Source of the DNA: an uncultured Alphaproteobacteria bacterium
GTDB taxonomy: Bacteria > Pseudomonadota > Alphaproteobacteria > Acetobacterales > Acetobacteraceae
Reading direction: 5' to 3'
DNA length: 64,000 bases
Assembly (NCBI GenBank): GCA_963819855.1
Contig: CAWFYC010000033.1
Location: 8,326 to 72,325, forward strand
Position numbers and translations under genes: made by a program. The notes beneath the pieces were generated by a model, which had not been told where the DNA came from, ran no database searches, and saw nothing but the letters and a program-made list of their open reading frames with translations. Below are positions 19,001 through 26,684 of this stretch, in pieces; position 1 is the first letter of the stretch, and each line of letters starts with the position of its first letter.

Positions 19001-19763
19001 GCGGTGTCTGTGTCGGCACCGGCGTTTTGCCCTGCACGAGCCGGAGCTTGTTCACCTCGCACGGGTTCGCCGCGCGCATCGCACGGCAATCCTCGATCGT
19101 CTGTGCCACCGTGTCGCGGCGTGCCATCGCAATGCCTGCCGCGCGGTCGTGCTGCACGACATGCGTCGCCTCGTGCGCCATCAGGTGGGTATCGTGTTCG
19201 CTCTGACCCGGACCGAGCACGATATTGGAGCCGAGTGCATAGGCACGCGCGCCGAGCGCCGCGGCGGACGCGCCCGCCGTCGGTCCATCGTGAACCCGCA
19301 CATGATCGAGCGGCGCCCCCATGCGGGTTTCCAGTTTGCCACGCATGCCTGGCGCGATCGGCCGTCCGGGCTGGCTAAGTGTCGCATGCACCAACTCGGT
19401 CGGATCGTTCGCAGCCTGCGATGCCGCGTCGGCCGGCGCCCGCCGCAGCGCACCGGTATCGCGGACCTGGTGTGTTGCATCGGTGCAGCCGCTGCACGCG
19501 CGATGGATGGTATCCATCGGCGCGTTGGGATGCGGCGCGCCGGCGTCCAGCACCTGATGCGCGTCCTGGCCCGATGCCACCTTCGCGGCGACGCGTTCGG
19601 CGTGGTGTTCCTCGGGATCGTGCTCGCCACCGACCACGAGGCGGGCTCGCAGATAGCGGGGCACCGCGGGCGCCGCCGCCGCCGCGGGCTTCGGCATGTC
19701 CTTGGCCGGCGCGCGATTAAGTCGCGTCGCACCCGGCTTCACCGCGACCGCTGCCGCGTTCAT
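16032..19763 (-). CDS. eCIS-associated DUF4157 (HExxH) domain protein, 1243 aa, putative cargo/effector
   Basis: The N-terminal region (MGAPLDHVRVHDGPTAGASAAALGARAYALGSNIVLGPG...HLMAHEATHVVQ) is the DUF4157 signature. A central D-H...N...N motif (VDADHVLEDQLGGSNTIDNMWLLDRSYNRSIG) follows, and the C-terminal roughly 550 aa are Gly/beta-rich. The start overlaps the ATPase stop (ATGA). Confidence 0.8.
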   Translation of the reverse strand: MNAAAVAVKPGATRLNRAPAKDMPKPAAAAAPAVPRYLRARLVVGGEHDPEEHHAERVAAKVASGQDAHQVLDAGAPHPNAPMDTIHRACSGCTDATHQVRDTGALRRAPADAASQAANDPTELVHATLSQPGRPIAPGMRGKLETRMGAPLDHVRVHDGPTAGASAAALGARAYALGSNIVLGPGQSEHDTHLMAHEATHVVQHDRAAGIAMARRDTVAQTIEDCRAMRAANPCEVNKLRLVQGKTPVPTQTPPAAPTAKTKQLTDGRAKPEWEVDLTTQTKGAGGRIKVPELLLPRIGKTLKGTGGTDAPAAAAHGALPEEGKPYQRLPQPSRKERGLEAARDVWVDYVRKTYSAGLAPLLKAEIGGQKNAASLTTTGSDSVYVMRRAGTTGDLKATSSEFLIVGNVTQLASNDSVVRPMVAKNGAEMEVDADHVLEDQLGGSNTIDNMWLLDRSYNRSIGTQIEHQWGKQIESVLTKAQAEKKVQKDQGIELDGRLPAGVSEVRENWLVEFGTVAEGPFSGRPKDYWTRADVGTGKHLKYYRALSEPELFQQGFKFDETGHTRPTHINIFPTPEGGRPTRFRLTPDGKSLVNPGYLFRGIDILKIEEFNPPKPDKQNNVITKLHVEYKKKKFPGTKKTDLIKADDVVTVMHAPNLFFGGFVTRESITGMFKESDFGPASPISFSRIEITPDGELQGAGDVLSSKALLPGLRIPIVLQGTDIMLRFPLPVEKLNFGPLHVTAAAIDLGVGASGFFVQGSADIAVDKVGKGTVVARGENDNVTLGGVFDLDFAFLDQTQIKVNYDLATDTFTGSGEFHVKKNALPGVESGSVSVTVSRDSFGLTGSLQLGGLLAGGTITAGYTPQTGLLLEGKDLPLPVDKLPGVSGATATVRAVRNPETGVWSISGGGKATLGVAGAGGTLEIMVDGVGVLFKGRADVRKGPASGWLQVTATNRAVDEAGNPIEGGPVGPLKIWGDGQATVRFGKILQGTAGIKYTPDGRVILDGEVALPPDFELFPQLAYHKSLLHLATPDFPIWGVKVGPVGVGIFAFADADVSFNACVGKGMLRNTKVHATIDLDRPEEATVVGTAQFHVPAFAGFTLDLGGGLKAQVAVAYAKGRVGLDGTLGIAAEARLDVAVSWNNADGFAVGGCAKVSAQPKFELGVNASFTVGVDLGLFDIDHEFGPWEKKLGEFGPDMQLSAAIPLQWSEKGGLDLNVEKIDVKRPHLDPIALMKGAFETLV

Positions 19764-21700
19764 CCGTTTGCCGCGCGGGCCGGGACCAGCGCCAGATCGG
19801 GCGGCAGCCGGCGGCCAAGCTTGCGGTACTCGCGCGCCAGCGCTGCGGCCAGCGCGACCGCACCGATCGGCACACCGGCGGGCACTGTGGCGGCGGCCGA
19901 CAGCACGGCGTTGCGGATGCCGCCGCCGGCGAGATCGCAGTAGCTGGCCAGATGGTGCAGCACGTGCTCATCGGGCGCGCGCGTCCCGAGATGGCTTTGC
20001 CAAAGTCGCAGCCGCTCCTCGTAGCCTGGCAGCGGGAAGTCCATCACCACGTCGAGGCGCCGCCAGAACGCCGGATCGATCCGTGCCTTGTTGTTGGCGG
20101 TCAGGATGACGATGCCGTTGTGGTTCTCGATCCGCGTGAGCAGGAAATTGGTGAGCATGTTGGCGTAGCGTTCACCGGTCTCCGAGGCGTCGCTGCGCCG
20201 GCCAAACAGTGCGTCGGCCTCGTCGAACAGCAGCACGACGTCGGCCGCTTCGGCGTGATCCAGCAACTGGCCCAGGTTCTTCTCGGACTCGCCGATGTAC
20301 TTGTTCATCACCGCGCCAAGGTCGCAGCGGAACAGCGGCGCGCCAAGCGCGGTGGCGACGTAGCTGGCGGCGAGCGTCTTGCCGGTGCCGCTCTCGCCGG
20401 CGAAGAACGCGCGTACGCCACGCGTCGCGCCGCTCGCCAGCGACGGTCCGGTGCCGTGCCAGACCGTCTCGCGCTGCCGGCAACGCGAGATCAGCAATGT
20501 AAGATCGCGTTCCAGCGCTTCGGGCAGCACCAGCGCATCGCGCCCGACGCGGCGCGGCACCGGTTGTGCCAGCGTGCGCAACGCATCCGGCGCGAGGCGG
20601 CGGCGCGCCTCGGCCACATCGGCCGCAGTGACAGATGCTTCGCCGGCAAGGCCATGCGCGGCGCGTGCCACGCGTTCGATCCCACCTGGGAACAGTACCG
20701 CACCGGGCGCCAGCAGCGCGGCGAGATCGGCGTTCCCCAGCGTCTCGCACCATAGCCGCGTGCGCGTCGCCACATCGGGTGGTTCGAGCGTTGCGTCGAG
20801 CCATTGCTGGCCCTCGATTGCACCGTGCCCGCCAGCGAGCACGATGGCCGGAAGCGGCGCCCCATCGGGACGTGTCAGCGCGAGGCTTTCGCCTGCGCTG
20901 AGCGGCGCGCGCACCACAGGCAGCCAGCCAGCCGCGCGGCAGGCGGCCCCGAATGCAAGGTCGCCCTGGTAGGTCGCGGCCTGCGTTTCCAGCGGCACAC
21001 AGCCGAGACGCCTCGCGATTGCCGCAGCCAATGTGGCGCGTCCCGAACCGGGTGGCCCGCGCAGCACCAGCCCATCGGCACCTGATCCCGTCAGCAGCGC
21101 GGCGAGGCGCACTGCATCCGGCGTGTCCGCCGACGGTTCCAGTCGCCGGCCGCCAGGCCAGTCGGCCTCACCGCCGCGCAACGCGCGCCAGAGCTCTGGT
21201 CGCACCCGGAGCTGACGCTGCGGCAACAGGCCGCTGCCATCGGCGATCAGCAGACCGGTTGCGCACAATCGCCCGGCGACAAGATCGAGCGCATCGACGC
21301 CCGTCACCCCAAACAATTGCTGCCACAGGTCCAGCGCGAGGTGGATGCCGGGCCGCCCCGCCGGCTCCGGCGCCTGGAAAGCCGCGACCACCAGACCGAT
21401 CAGGTGGCTGCTCTCCGTGCCACCCGCGAGCCCGAGCAGGAACAGCTCATGCTGCCCGAGATGAAGCTGCGCGGTCAGCCTCGGAAATGGCCCGGCAGCG
21501 CGCTGCCAGGCGGCATCGAGCGCGGCGAGACGCTCAGACCAGGTGAGCGTTGCCAGCTCGGGCGCACGAGCCTGCGCGGTGCGGCGCAGCAGGCCGAATA
21601 CCGGCACGTCCTCGGTCGGAGCGACGAGGTTGGCGTACTCCAGCAGCCCCTGCTCGACCAGCAACTCCAGCAGCAGCGACGCAGGCGGCTCGCGCGGCAT
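19760..21700 (-). CDS. eCIS AAA+ ATPase (Afp15/Pvc15-like)
   Basis: The C-terminal AAA module has Walker A GESGTGKT, Walker B VVLLFDEADALF, sensor LTANN and RRLD. An upstream degenerate P-loop (GPPGSGRAT) is also present. The ATG shares one nucleotide with the upstream stop. Confidence 0.85.
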   Translation of the reverse strand: MPREPPASLLLELLVEQGLLEYANLVAPTEDVPVFGLLRRTAQARAPELATLTWSERLAALDAAWQRAAGPFPRLTAQLHLGQHELFLLGLAGGTESSHLIGLVVAAFQAPEPAGRPGIHLALDLWQQLFGVTGVDALDLVAGRLCATGLLIADGSGLLPQRQLRVRPELWRALRGGEADWPGGRRLEPSADTPDAVRLAALLTGSGADGLVLRGPPGSGRATLAAAIARRLGCVPLETQAATYQGDLAFGAACRAAGWLPVVRAPLSAGESLALTRPDGAPLPAIVLAGGHGAIEGQQWLDATLEPPDVATRTRLWCETLGNADLAALLAPGAVLFPGGIERVARAAHGLAGEASVTAADVAEARRRLAPDALRTLAQPVPRRVGRDALVLPEALERDLTLLISRCRQRETVWHGTGPSLASGATRGVRAFFAGESGTGKTLAASYVATALGAPLFRCDLGAVMNKYIGESEKNLGQLLDHAEAADVVLLFDEADALFGRRSDASETGERYANMLTNFLLTRIENHNGIVILTANNKARIDPAFWRRLDVVMDFPLPGYEERLRLWQSHLGTRAPDEHVLHHLASYCDLAGGGIRNAVLSAAATVPAGVPIGAVALAAALAREYRKLGRRLPPDLALVPARAANG

Positions 21701-23070
21701 CAGTGCAGCCGCGGATAGTGGAAGCGCACGACCCGCCCAAGCCACGGCACCCACGCAGGGTCGAGGTCGAGGCCGGCACGGCGGATACGGATGTCGATCG
21801 TGGTCGCGTGCAGGTCGAGATCGACATGGCTTGCCGTCACCCGCAGCAGGCCAGGCTGGCGCAGGAACCCGGGCCAGATCTCGCCGAATTCGTAGAGCTC
21901 CGCAGCCGTGGCGGCCAGCTCTGCGATAAATCCAGCCGCCGGCACCGGTTGTTCCATCTGTTCGGCGAGGAACGCCATCAGTTCGTCATCCTCCAGCGCG
22001 CCAGCCACGCGCGCCAAATCGTGCAGCACCTGCCAACCACTCGGCGGCTCGCCGTCCGACCATTCCAGTAATCGCTGCATCAGATCGAGCCGGTTGAGGG
22101 TATTGATCAGGAACAACACGCCGCCGAAATCGGTTGGAATTCCGCGCGCGAGTGATGGGTGGGGGGTCTGCGGCGGTTCAGTTGTGACTGGGCGCACTGT
22201 GTCCGCCGCTTTTCGTGATGCAGCTGATTTAGCTGCGCCAATCGTCATCCCCGCGAAAGCGGGGACCCAGGCGGCAACTGGGTCCCCGCTTGCGCGGGGA
22301 TGACGATTGGAGGCATCGCTCGCTGCGCCTACAGCAGCAGGCCGCCATGCCTGCGCGAGCGCCGCCAGTGCCGCTGCCGCGTTTGGCCCAGTGGCCAACG
22401 CGATCGGGTCCCAGCGCAACAATGACAGGACCGCGGCGGCGTGGACCGCGACACGCGGCGCGGCTGCCTGGCCAAGGGCCTCGCGCCAGAACCTCACCGC
22501 CGGTTGCAGCCGTATCGGCGGCGGCGGCACCTCGACGTCTTCGATTCTATCGGGCAGCGTCGCCCGTGTTGCCCAGCCGATCGCGCCGAGCAGTACGGCC
22601 GCCGCGTCCGGCGTGAGCTGGCGCCAGATCGGGACGAGCAACCCCTCGTCATGCCACTGGTCGAGCACCGCCCATGTCTCCAGGGGCCGTTCCGCCAGCA
22701 GGCCAATCGCCGCCGCCGCGCCGGACCACCGATTCAACACCCCAAGCCGGCGCCAGTACCAACGGGTCGCCGCGACACCGCCCAGCAGATCGCGCGCGAA
22801 GCTGCTGGCGACCGCGGTGAAATCCGGGAACACCACGACATCCGGATCGGCGCCCACCGTCGCCAGCCGGGCCAGCGCCCGCGCGAACTCCGGCGCTACC
22901 GATCCGCCGCGCGTCGCGATCGTCATCCGACGCACGAACACCCAGGGCCGTACCGACGGTGTCGGGCAGGCGGCAAGCTGCCCCCGGACCGACGCCGCGC
23001 TGCCTGGCCCACGCAGCGCCACCCGCCCGATCGCGACCATGTCGCCTGCCAGGACCGCGGGGATCGCCAT
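21700..23070 (-). CDS. Hypothetical eCIS protein in the tape-measure (Afp14) position, 456 aa
   Basis: The Ala/Leu/Pro-rich ORF lies directly upstream of the AAA+ ATPase and is translationally coupled at both ends. It contains the in-frame REP-like element. The functional call rests on position only. Confidence 0.4.
   Translation of the reverse strand: MAIPAVLAGDMVAIGRVALRGPGSAASVRGQLAACPTPSVRPWVFVRRMTIATRGGSVAPEFARALARLATVGADPDVVVFPDFTAVASSFARDLLGGVAATRWYWRRLGVLNRWSGAAAAIGLLAERPLETWAVLDQWHDEGLLVPIWRQLTPDAAAVLLGAIGWATRATLPDRIEDVEVPPPPIRLQPAVRFWREALGQAAAPRVAVHAAAVLSLLRWDPIALATGPNAAAALAALAQAWRPAAVGAASDASNRHPRASGDPVAAWVPAFAGMTIGAAKSAASRKAADTVRPVTTEPPQTPHPSLARGIPTDFGGVLFLINTLNRLDLMQRLLEWSDGEPPSGWQVLHDLARVAGALEDDELMAFLAEQMEQPVPAAGFIAELAATAAELYEFGEIWPGFLRQPGLLRVTASHVDLDLHATTIDIRIRRAGLDLDPAWVPWLGRVVRFHYPRLH
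22243..22306. repeat. REP-like compound palindrome inside a coding region
   Basis: cgtcatccccgcgaaagcggggacccag (22243-22270) pairs with ctgggtccccgcttgcgcggggatgacg (22279-22306). On the minus strand it is read through as ...[20 protein letters not shown]... Confidence 0.85.
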
Positions 23071-26000
23071 CAGGTCGCCACGGCCGCCAGCGTGAACCCG
23101 CTGACATCGGTGATGTCGGTACGGAAACTCGCCACCAGCCGGGCCGCGGTGCCATTGGCGTCGTTGTCCTCGACACTCACCGTCCCGATCAACGTCCGCG
23201 TGGCGTCGAACAGGTGCAGCAGCGTGCCGATCGCCGGCGGGCGGTTCAGCACCGCGCGCACCGGATCGCCGATGCGAAAGCCCGGTGTGGTGGCGGTGAC
23301 GCTGCCCGACAGCACCTGCTGGGGATCGCCATGCGCTGCCGCGATCACCAGCGCGCGCATCAGATTGCTTAGCGCCGGCACCGCGGCGGCACTGGGCGCC
23401 TTGGCCAACTGACCGCCCAGCCACGCCACCAGCGTTGCGATTCCGCGATGCGCGGCGAACGCGTCGGCGGCGTCGACACCGATCAGCGGCCATTGCTCCG
23501 GTGCGAGTGCCGGCAGTGTGCCGGTGCGCGCCTGCTCGTACAACGCGAAGCGGGTGGAGGGCGGCAAAGCATTCAGCTTCTCCGCCACGCAGCCGCATGC
23601 CGCTTCCATCCGGCGGCGGAACGCCTCGATCGCCAGCCGCAGCGGATTGGCCGGCAGCGGCAGGATGTCGGGTAGAGCGAAGATCCGTGCCGCGGCGCGC
23701 TGCGTCTCGGCGAGCGAATCAGACATGGTCAGGGAGAGCGGGCGAAGCTGCGAGGTGAACAGGCCCTGGTTCGCCTGGTGCAGTGCCAACAGGTCCGGCG
23801 CAGCCGGCCCGCTGCCGAACGCGGTGGCATCCAGCAGCGATGGCGAACGGTCGGCCAGCCGAGCCGCGCGGCTGCTGACCAGCCGGGACAACCCGTTGCG
23901 ATCCGGCAGGTAGGGCCAGAGCGGTCGCACCGGACGGAAATCCCACAACGGCAGTTCAAGTACCCAGTCGAGGAACGGCTGTACCACCGGCGGCGGCCCG
24001 TCATGGTCGGTGGCGCAACCGGGTACGAGGTCGCCGGGATCGGCGGCAATCAGCGGACGCGGTGCCGGCAGGTCGGTGAGCACCGGCGTCTGACGGCTGC
24101 GGATGTAGAACAGCCCCACCGCGTCGCCCAGCACATTGCTGCGCTTCGCCGTTGCCGCCGCGATGCGATCGACTTCCTCCTGCACCAGCCGCTGCGCGGC
24201 GGCATAGTCGCCGGCGGGTATCGCGGCGGCACGTATCGCGTCGATCACGGCCTGTCTGCCGTCATCGACGTCGCGCTGCGCCGCATCGATTGCCGCGGCG
24301 AGCGCGGTCAGCCGGTCGCGGTAGATCCGATACCGAGCCTCGATGATCTGGCTGTTGCGCTCCGCGGCATCGATCTGCGCGAGCAGGTCGCGTCCGACGA
24401 TCAGCATGTTGGAGTAGGCGACATGTTCGGCGTCCATGCCCGTGGGCGGGGGCGGGAACACCGTCGCTGCCGGCACGGTCAGGTTGATCTGCTTGGCCAG
24501 CTCGATGAGGTTGTCCCGGCCCTTCTGGAGCACCTGCAAGGCGCTGTCGGCTGGCGTGATGTGAGCCGCAGCGCCGTAGTTCTGCGGCTGGAACTGGAAC
24601 TGCGGATCGGTGCTGATGGCACCGAGTTGATCGGCGACATTGGCTGCCGCGTCCTGGCTTCGGCCCAACAGCGAGCCGGCGGCGCTGCCGGTGACGTTGA
24701 CCGGCACTCTGGTTCGGCCAGGACCCGGCGGCGCCGTGCCGTTTATACGGATGCCTCCGGCAGTCGCTCGTTCGGTCGCCGTCGTACTGACACCACGCGG
24801 TGCCATGCGTGGCGGGAGAGCCGCCAGTGCCGGAGCAAGCGAAGGGCTGCCGCTGGCCGCCGGAGTAGGGGTCAGCCTGATGAACGGCAGCATGCGCGCA
24901 ACCTGCATGCCCTTGCCATCAGCAGGAACGCCGCCGGCAAGTGCGGACCCGAAGCTCGACAACGTATCCAGGTGGGCGCGCTGCAACGCAATCAGCCGGT
25001 CGTGGCCATCCAGCAGGATTTCCAGCCGCCGCGCCGCCAGCGCCAGGACCGCCTGTATCGTGTGCAGCAGGATCAGGCGCAGCAGCGCGCCTTCGCTCGC
25101 CGGATTGCTGTCGTCTGTCGGGTCGGTGGTGCCGGTGGCGTGCAGCCAGTCCTGGTAGGCGGAATGGCCGGGCAGGGCAGGGACCAGCGGCCGCAGCACC
25201 GGGTCCGGGGCGACCGTTGCGGCCGGCTCGCTGTCGAGGATGCGATAGCCGTTGGCGGCAAGCTGCGCAGTGAGCGTGGTCGCGTCGGGCGGATCGGGCG
25301 TCACAATCGCCTGCTGCGTCAGCCAGGCGGTGATGCCGTCGATCGTTCCGGCCGTGTCGAGCAATGCGAGGAAGGGCACATCGGGCTGCAGCAGCAGGAC
25401 GGTCAGTGTATTGGGATCGTTCACCGCCAGCCGCAGGAAGTTCAGCGTGCGCCGGTTCGCATCGCTGGCGTGGGCGCCGAGGCCGCCATACAGCGCGCTC
25501 CATGCGTGGTGCGCGGCGATGAAGCCGGTCTGCGTCGCGACATAGGCCTGGAACAGATCCACCGGCAGCAGCGGATCGGCGCGCGGACTGTCGAGCAGGT
25601 CCGGCTGCCACTCCTGATCCGGCACCGCGAGCAGCAGCAGCACGCCATCCTCGGTCGGCGATTGCAGGTCGATCGGCGCCCGCACCAGTTCACGGGCGAT
25701 GACACCGCGCGCCTCGCTCGCCCGGATCGTCGCCAGGTCGACATCCATCCCGGCCGGCCAGAACGGGCAGGAGACAGCGGTGGTGTCCGGTTGCAGCAGG
25801 AAACCGAGCGGCAGTTCCCCGGCGGCGGGCACAAAGCGCACCTGGCCACGGATCGTGGCCAGCTCGGCCGAGGTGAACGGCGCCGCGCCATGTGCCGCGA
25901 CGGCGAGCGCCAGTGCCTCGCGGACCTGCGCCAGCAACAGTCCTTGCAGACCGGCTGGTGCGGCGGGCAGCCGGCCGGCAGCGGCGCTGATCACGACCGG

Positions 26001-26684
26001 CGCGCCGCCGAGCACGAGGACCAATCCAATCGGCAGCGTGCCCCCGGCGATGCCGGCGAGTTGCGTCAAGGTCAGCCCCGCGGCGACGCGGTTGAGATAG
26101 AGCGTGATGTCGGCCGCGCCGGCCGCAGCCGAGGGTGGCGGCACGGGCGCCGGCACCGGTGCCGACAGCAGCACCTCGAGGAAGCTGTCGCGCCGCTCGT
26201 CCAGCGTGGGGTCGATCGTGCCGCGGTCGCGCGGGTCCGGCGGGGGACCGTGCACCGTTTCGAACGCGATCGGCTGCACGGTGAGCAGGTAGGCGCCGTC
26301 GGCCAGATTTGCCGGCGCAGCCGGAACGCGTGCGCGGACCGCGACCAGATCGGCCCAGGCGACAGTGACCGAAGCGGTCAGGCGCACGGCACGGCCATCC
26401 AGTGTCACGCCGGTGCCCGGCTGCACTGTGATCGGCGGCAGCGTTGTTCCACCGGTCGCGGCCCAATGTGCCGGCTGCAACGCGAAGCCGTCCAACACGC
26501 CCGCACCCTGCGCCGCGCCAAGCTCTAGCAGGCGATGATCCAGGTACTGGCCTTGCAGCAGAAACTCGGCGCTGCCCAGGTTGCGGCGGGGAAAGTAGTG
26601 GATGCGTGTGCCGTCCGGCTCGACCTGGATCGGCTCATGCAGATGGATCGGCTGGCCTTGCGGCCGGAACAGCAGGGCGGTCAT
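23070..26684 (-). CDS. Large hypothetical eCIS protein (1204 aa), paralog 3 of fibre-like triplet
   Basis: The N-terminal roughly 90 aa share a motif with the two upstream genes (F.xxxL.xAExLxxxQYLDHRLLELGxxxGxGVLDGF...ITVQPGTGVTLDGRAV). The start overlaps the upstream stop (ATGA). Confidence 0.6.
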   Translation of the reverse strand: MTALLFRPQGQPIHLHEPIQVEPDGTRIHYFPRRNLGSAEFLLQGQYLDHRLLELGAAQGAGVLDGFALQPAHWAATGGTTLPPITVQPGTGVTLDGRAVRLTASVTVAWADLVAVRARVPAAPANLADGAYLLTVQPIAFETVHGPPPDPRDRGTIDPTLDERRDSFLEVLLSAPVPAPVPPPSAAAGAADITLYLNRVAAGLTLTQLAGIAGGTLPIGLVLVLGGAPVVISAAAGRLPAAPAGLQGLLLAQVREALALAVAAHGAAPFTSAELATIRGQVRFVPAAGELPLGFLLQPDTTAVSCPFWPAGMDVDLATIRASEARGVIARELVRAPIDLQSPTEDGVLLLLAVPDQEWQPDLLDSPRADPLLPVDLFQAYVATQTGFIAAHHAWSALYGGLGAHASDANRRTLNFLRLAVNDPNTLTVLLLQPDVPFLALLDTAGTIDGITAWLTQQAIVTPDPPDATTLTAQLAANGYRILDSEPAATVAPDPVLRPLVPALPGHSAYQDWLHATGTTDPTDDSNPASEGALLRLILLHTIQAVLALAARRLEILLDGHDRLIALQRAHLDTLSSFGSALAGGVPADGKGMQVARMLPFIRLTPTPAASGSPSLAPALAALPPRMAPRGVSTTATERATAGGIRINGTAPPGPGRTRVPVNVTGSAAGSLLGRSQDAAANVADQLGAISTDPQFQFQPQNYGAAAHITPADSALQVLQKGRDNLIELAKQINLTVPAATVFPPPPTGMDAEHVAYSNMLIVGRDLLAQIDAAERNSQIIEARYRIYRDRLTALAAAIDAAQRDVDDGRQAVIDAIRAAAIPAGDYAAAQRLVQEEVDRIAAATAKRSNVLGDAVGLFYIRSRQTPVLTDLPAPRPLIAADPGDLVPGCATDHDGPPPVVQPFLDWVLELPLWDFRPVRPLWPYLPDRNGLSRLVSSRAARLADRSPSLLDATAFGSGPAAPDLLALHQANQGLFTSQLRPLSLTMSDSLAETQRAAARIFALPDILPLPANPLRLAIEAFRRRMEAACGCVAEKLNALPPSTRFALYEQARTGTLPALAPEQWPLIGVDAADAFAAHRGIATLVAWLGGQLAKAPSAAAVPALSNLMRALVIAAAHGDPQQVLSGSVTATTPGFRIGDPVRAVLNRPPAIGTLLHLFDATRTLIGTVSVEDNDANGTAARLVASFRTDITDVSGFTLAAVAT

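Noticed and set aside
23778-26528. Plus-strand ORF of 916 aa overlapping the 1204-aa eCIS gene
   Set aside because: The Arg-rich repetitive translation (RRRR, GRG runs) is characteristic of a GC-driven antisense frame. The minus-strand frame is coupled to both neighbours and shares a motif with two paralogs.
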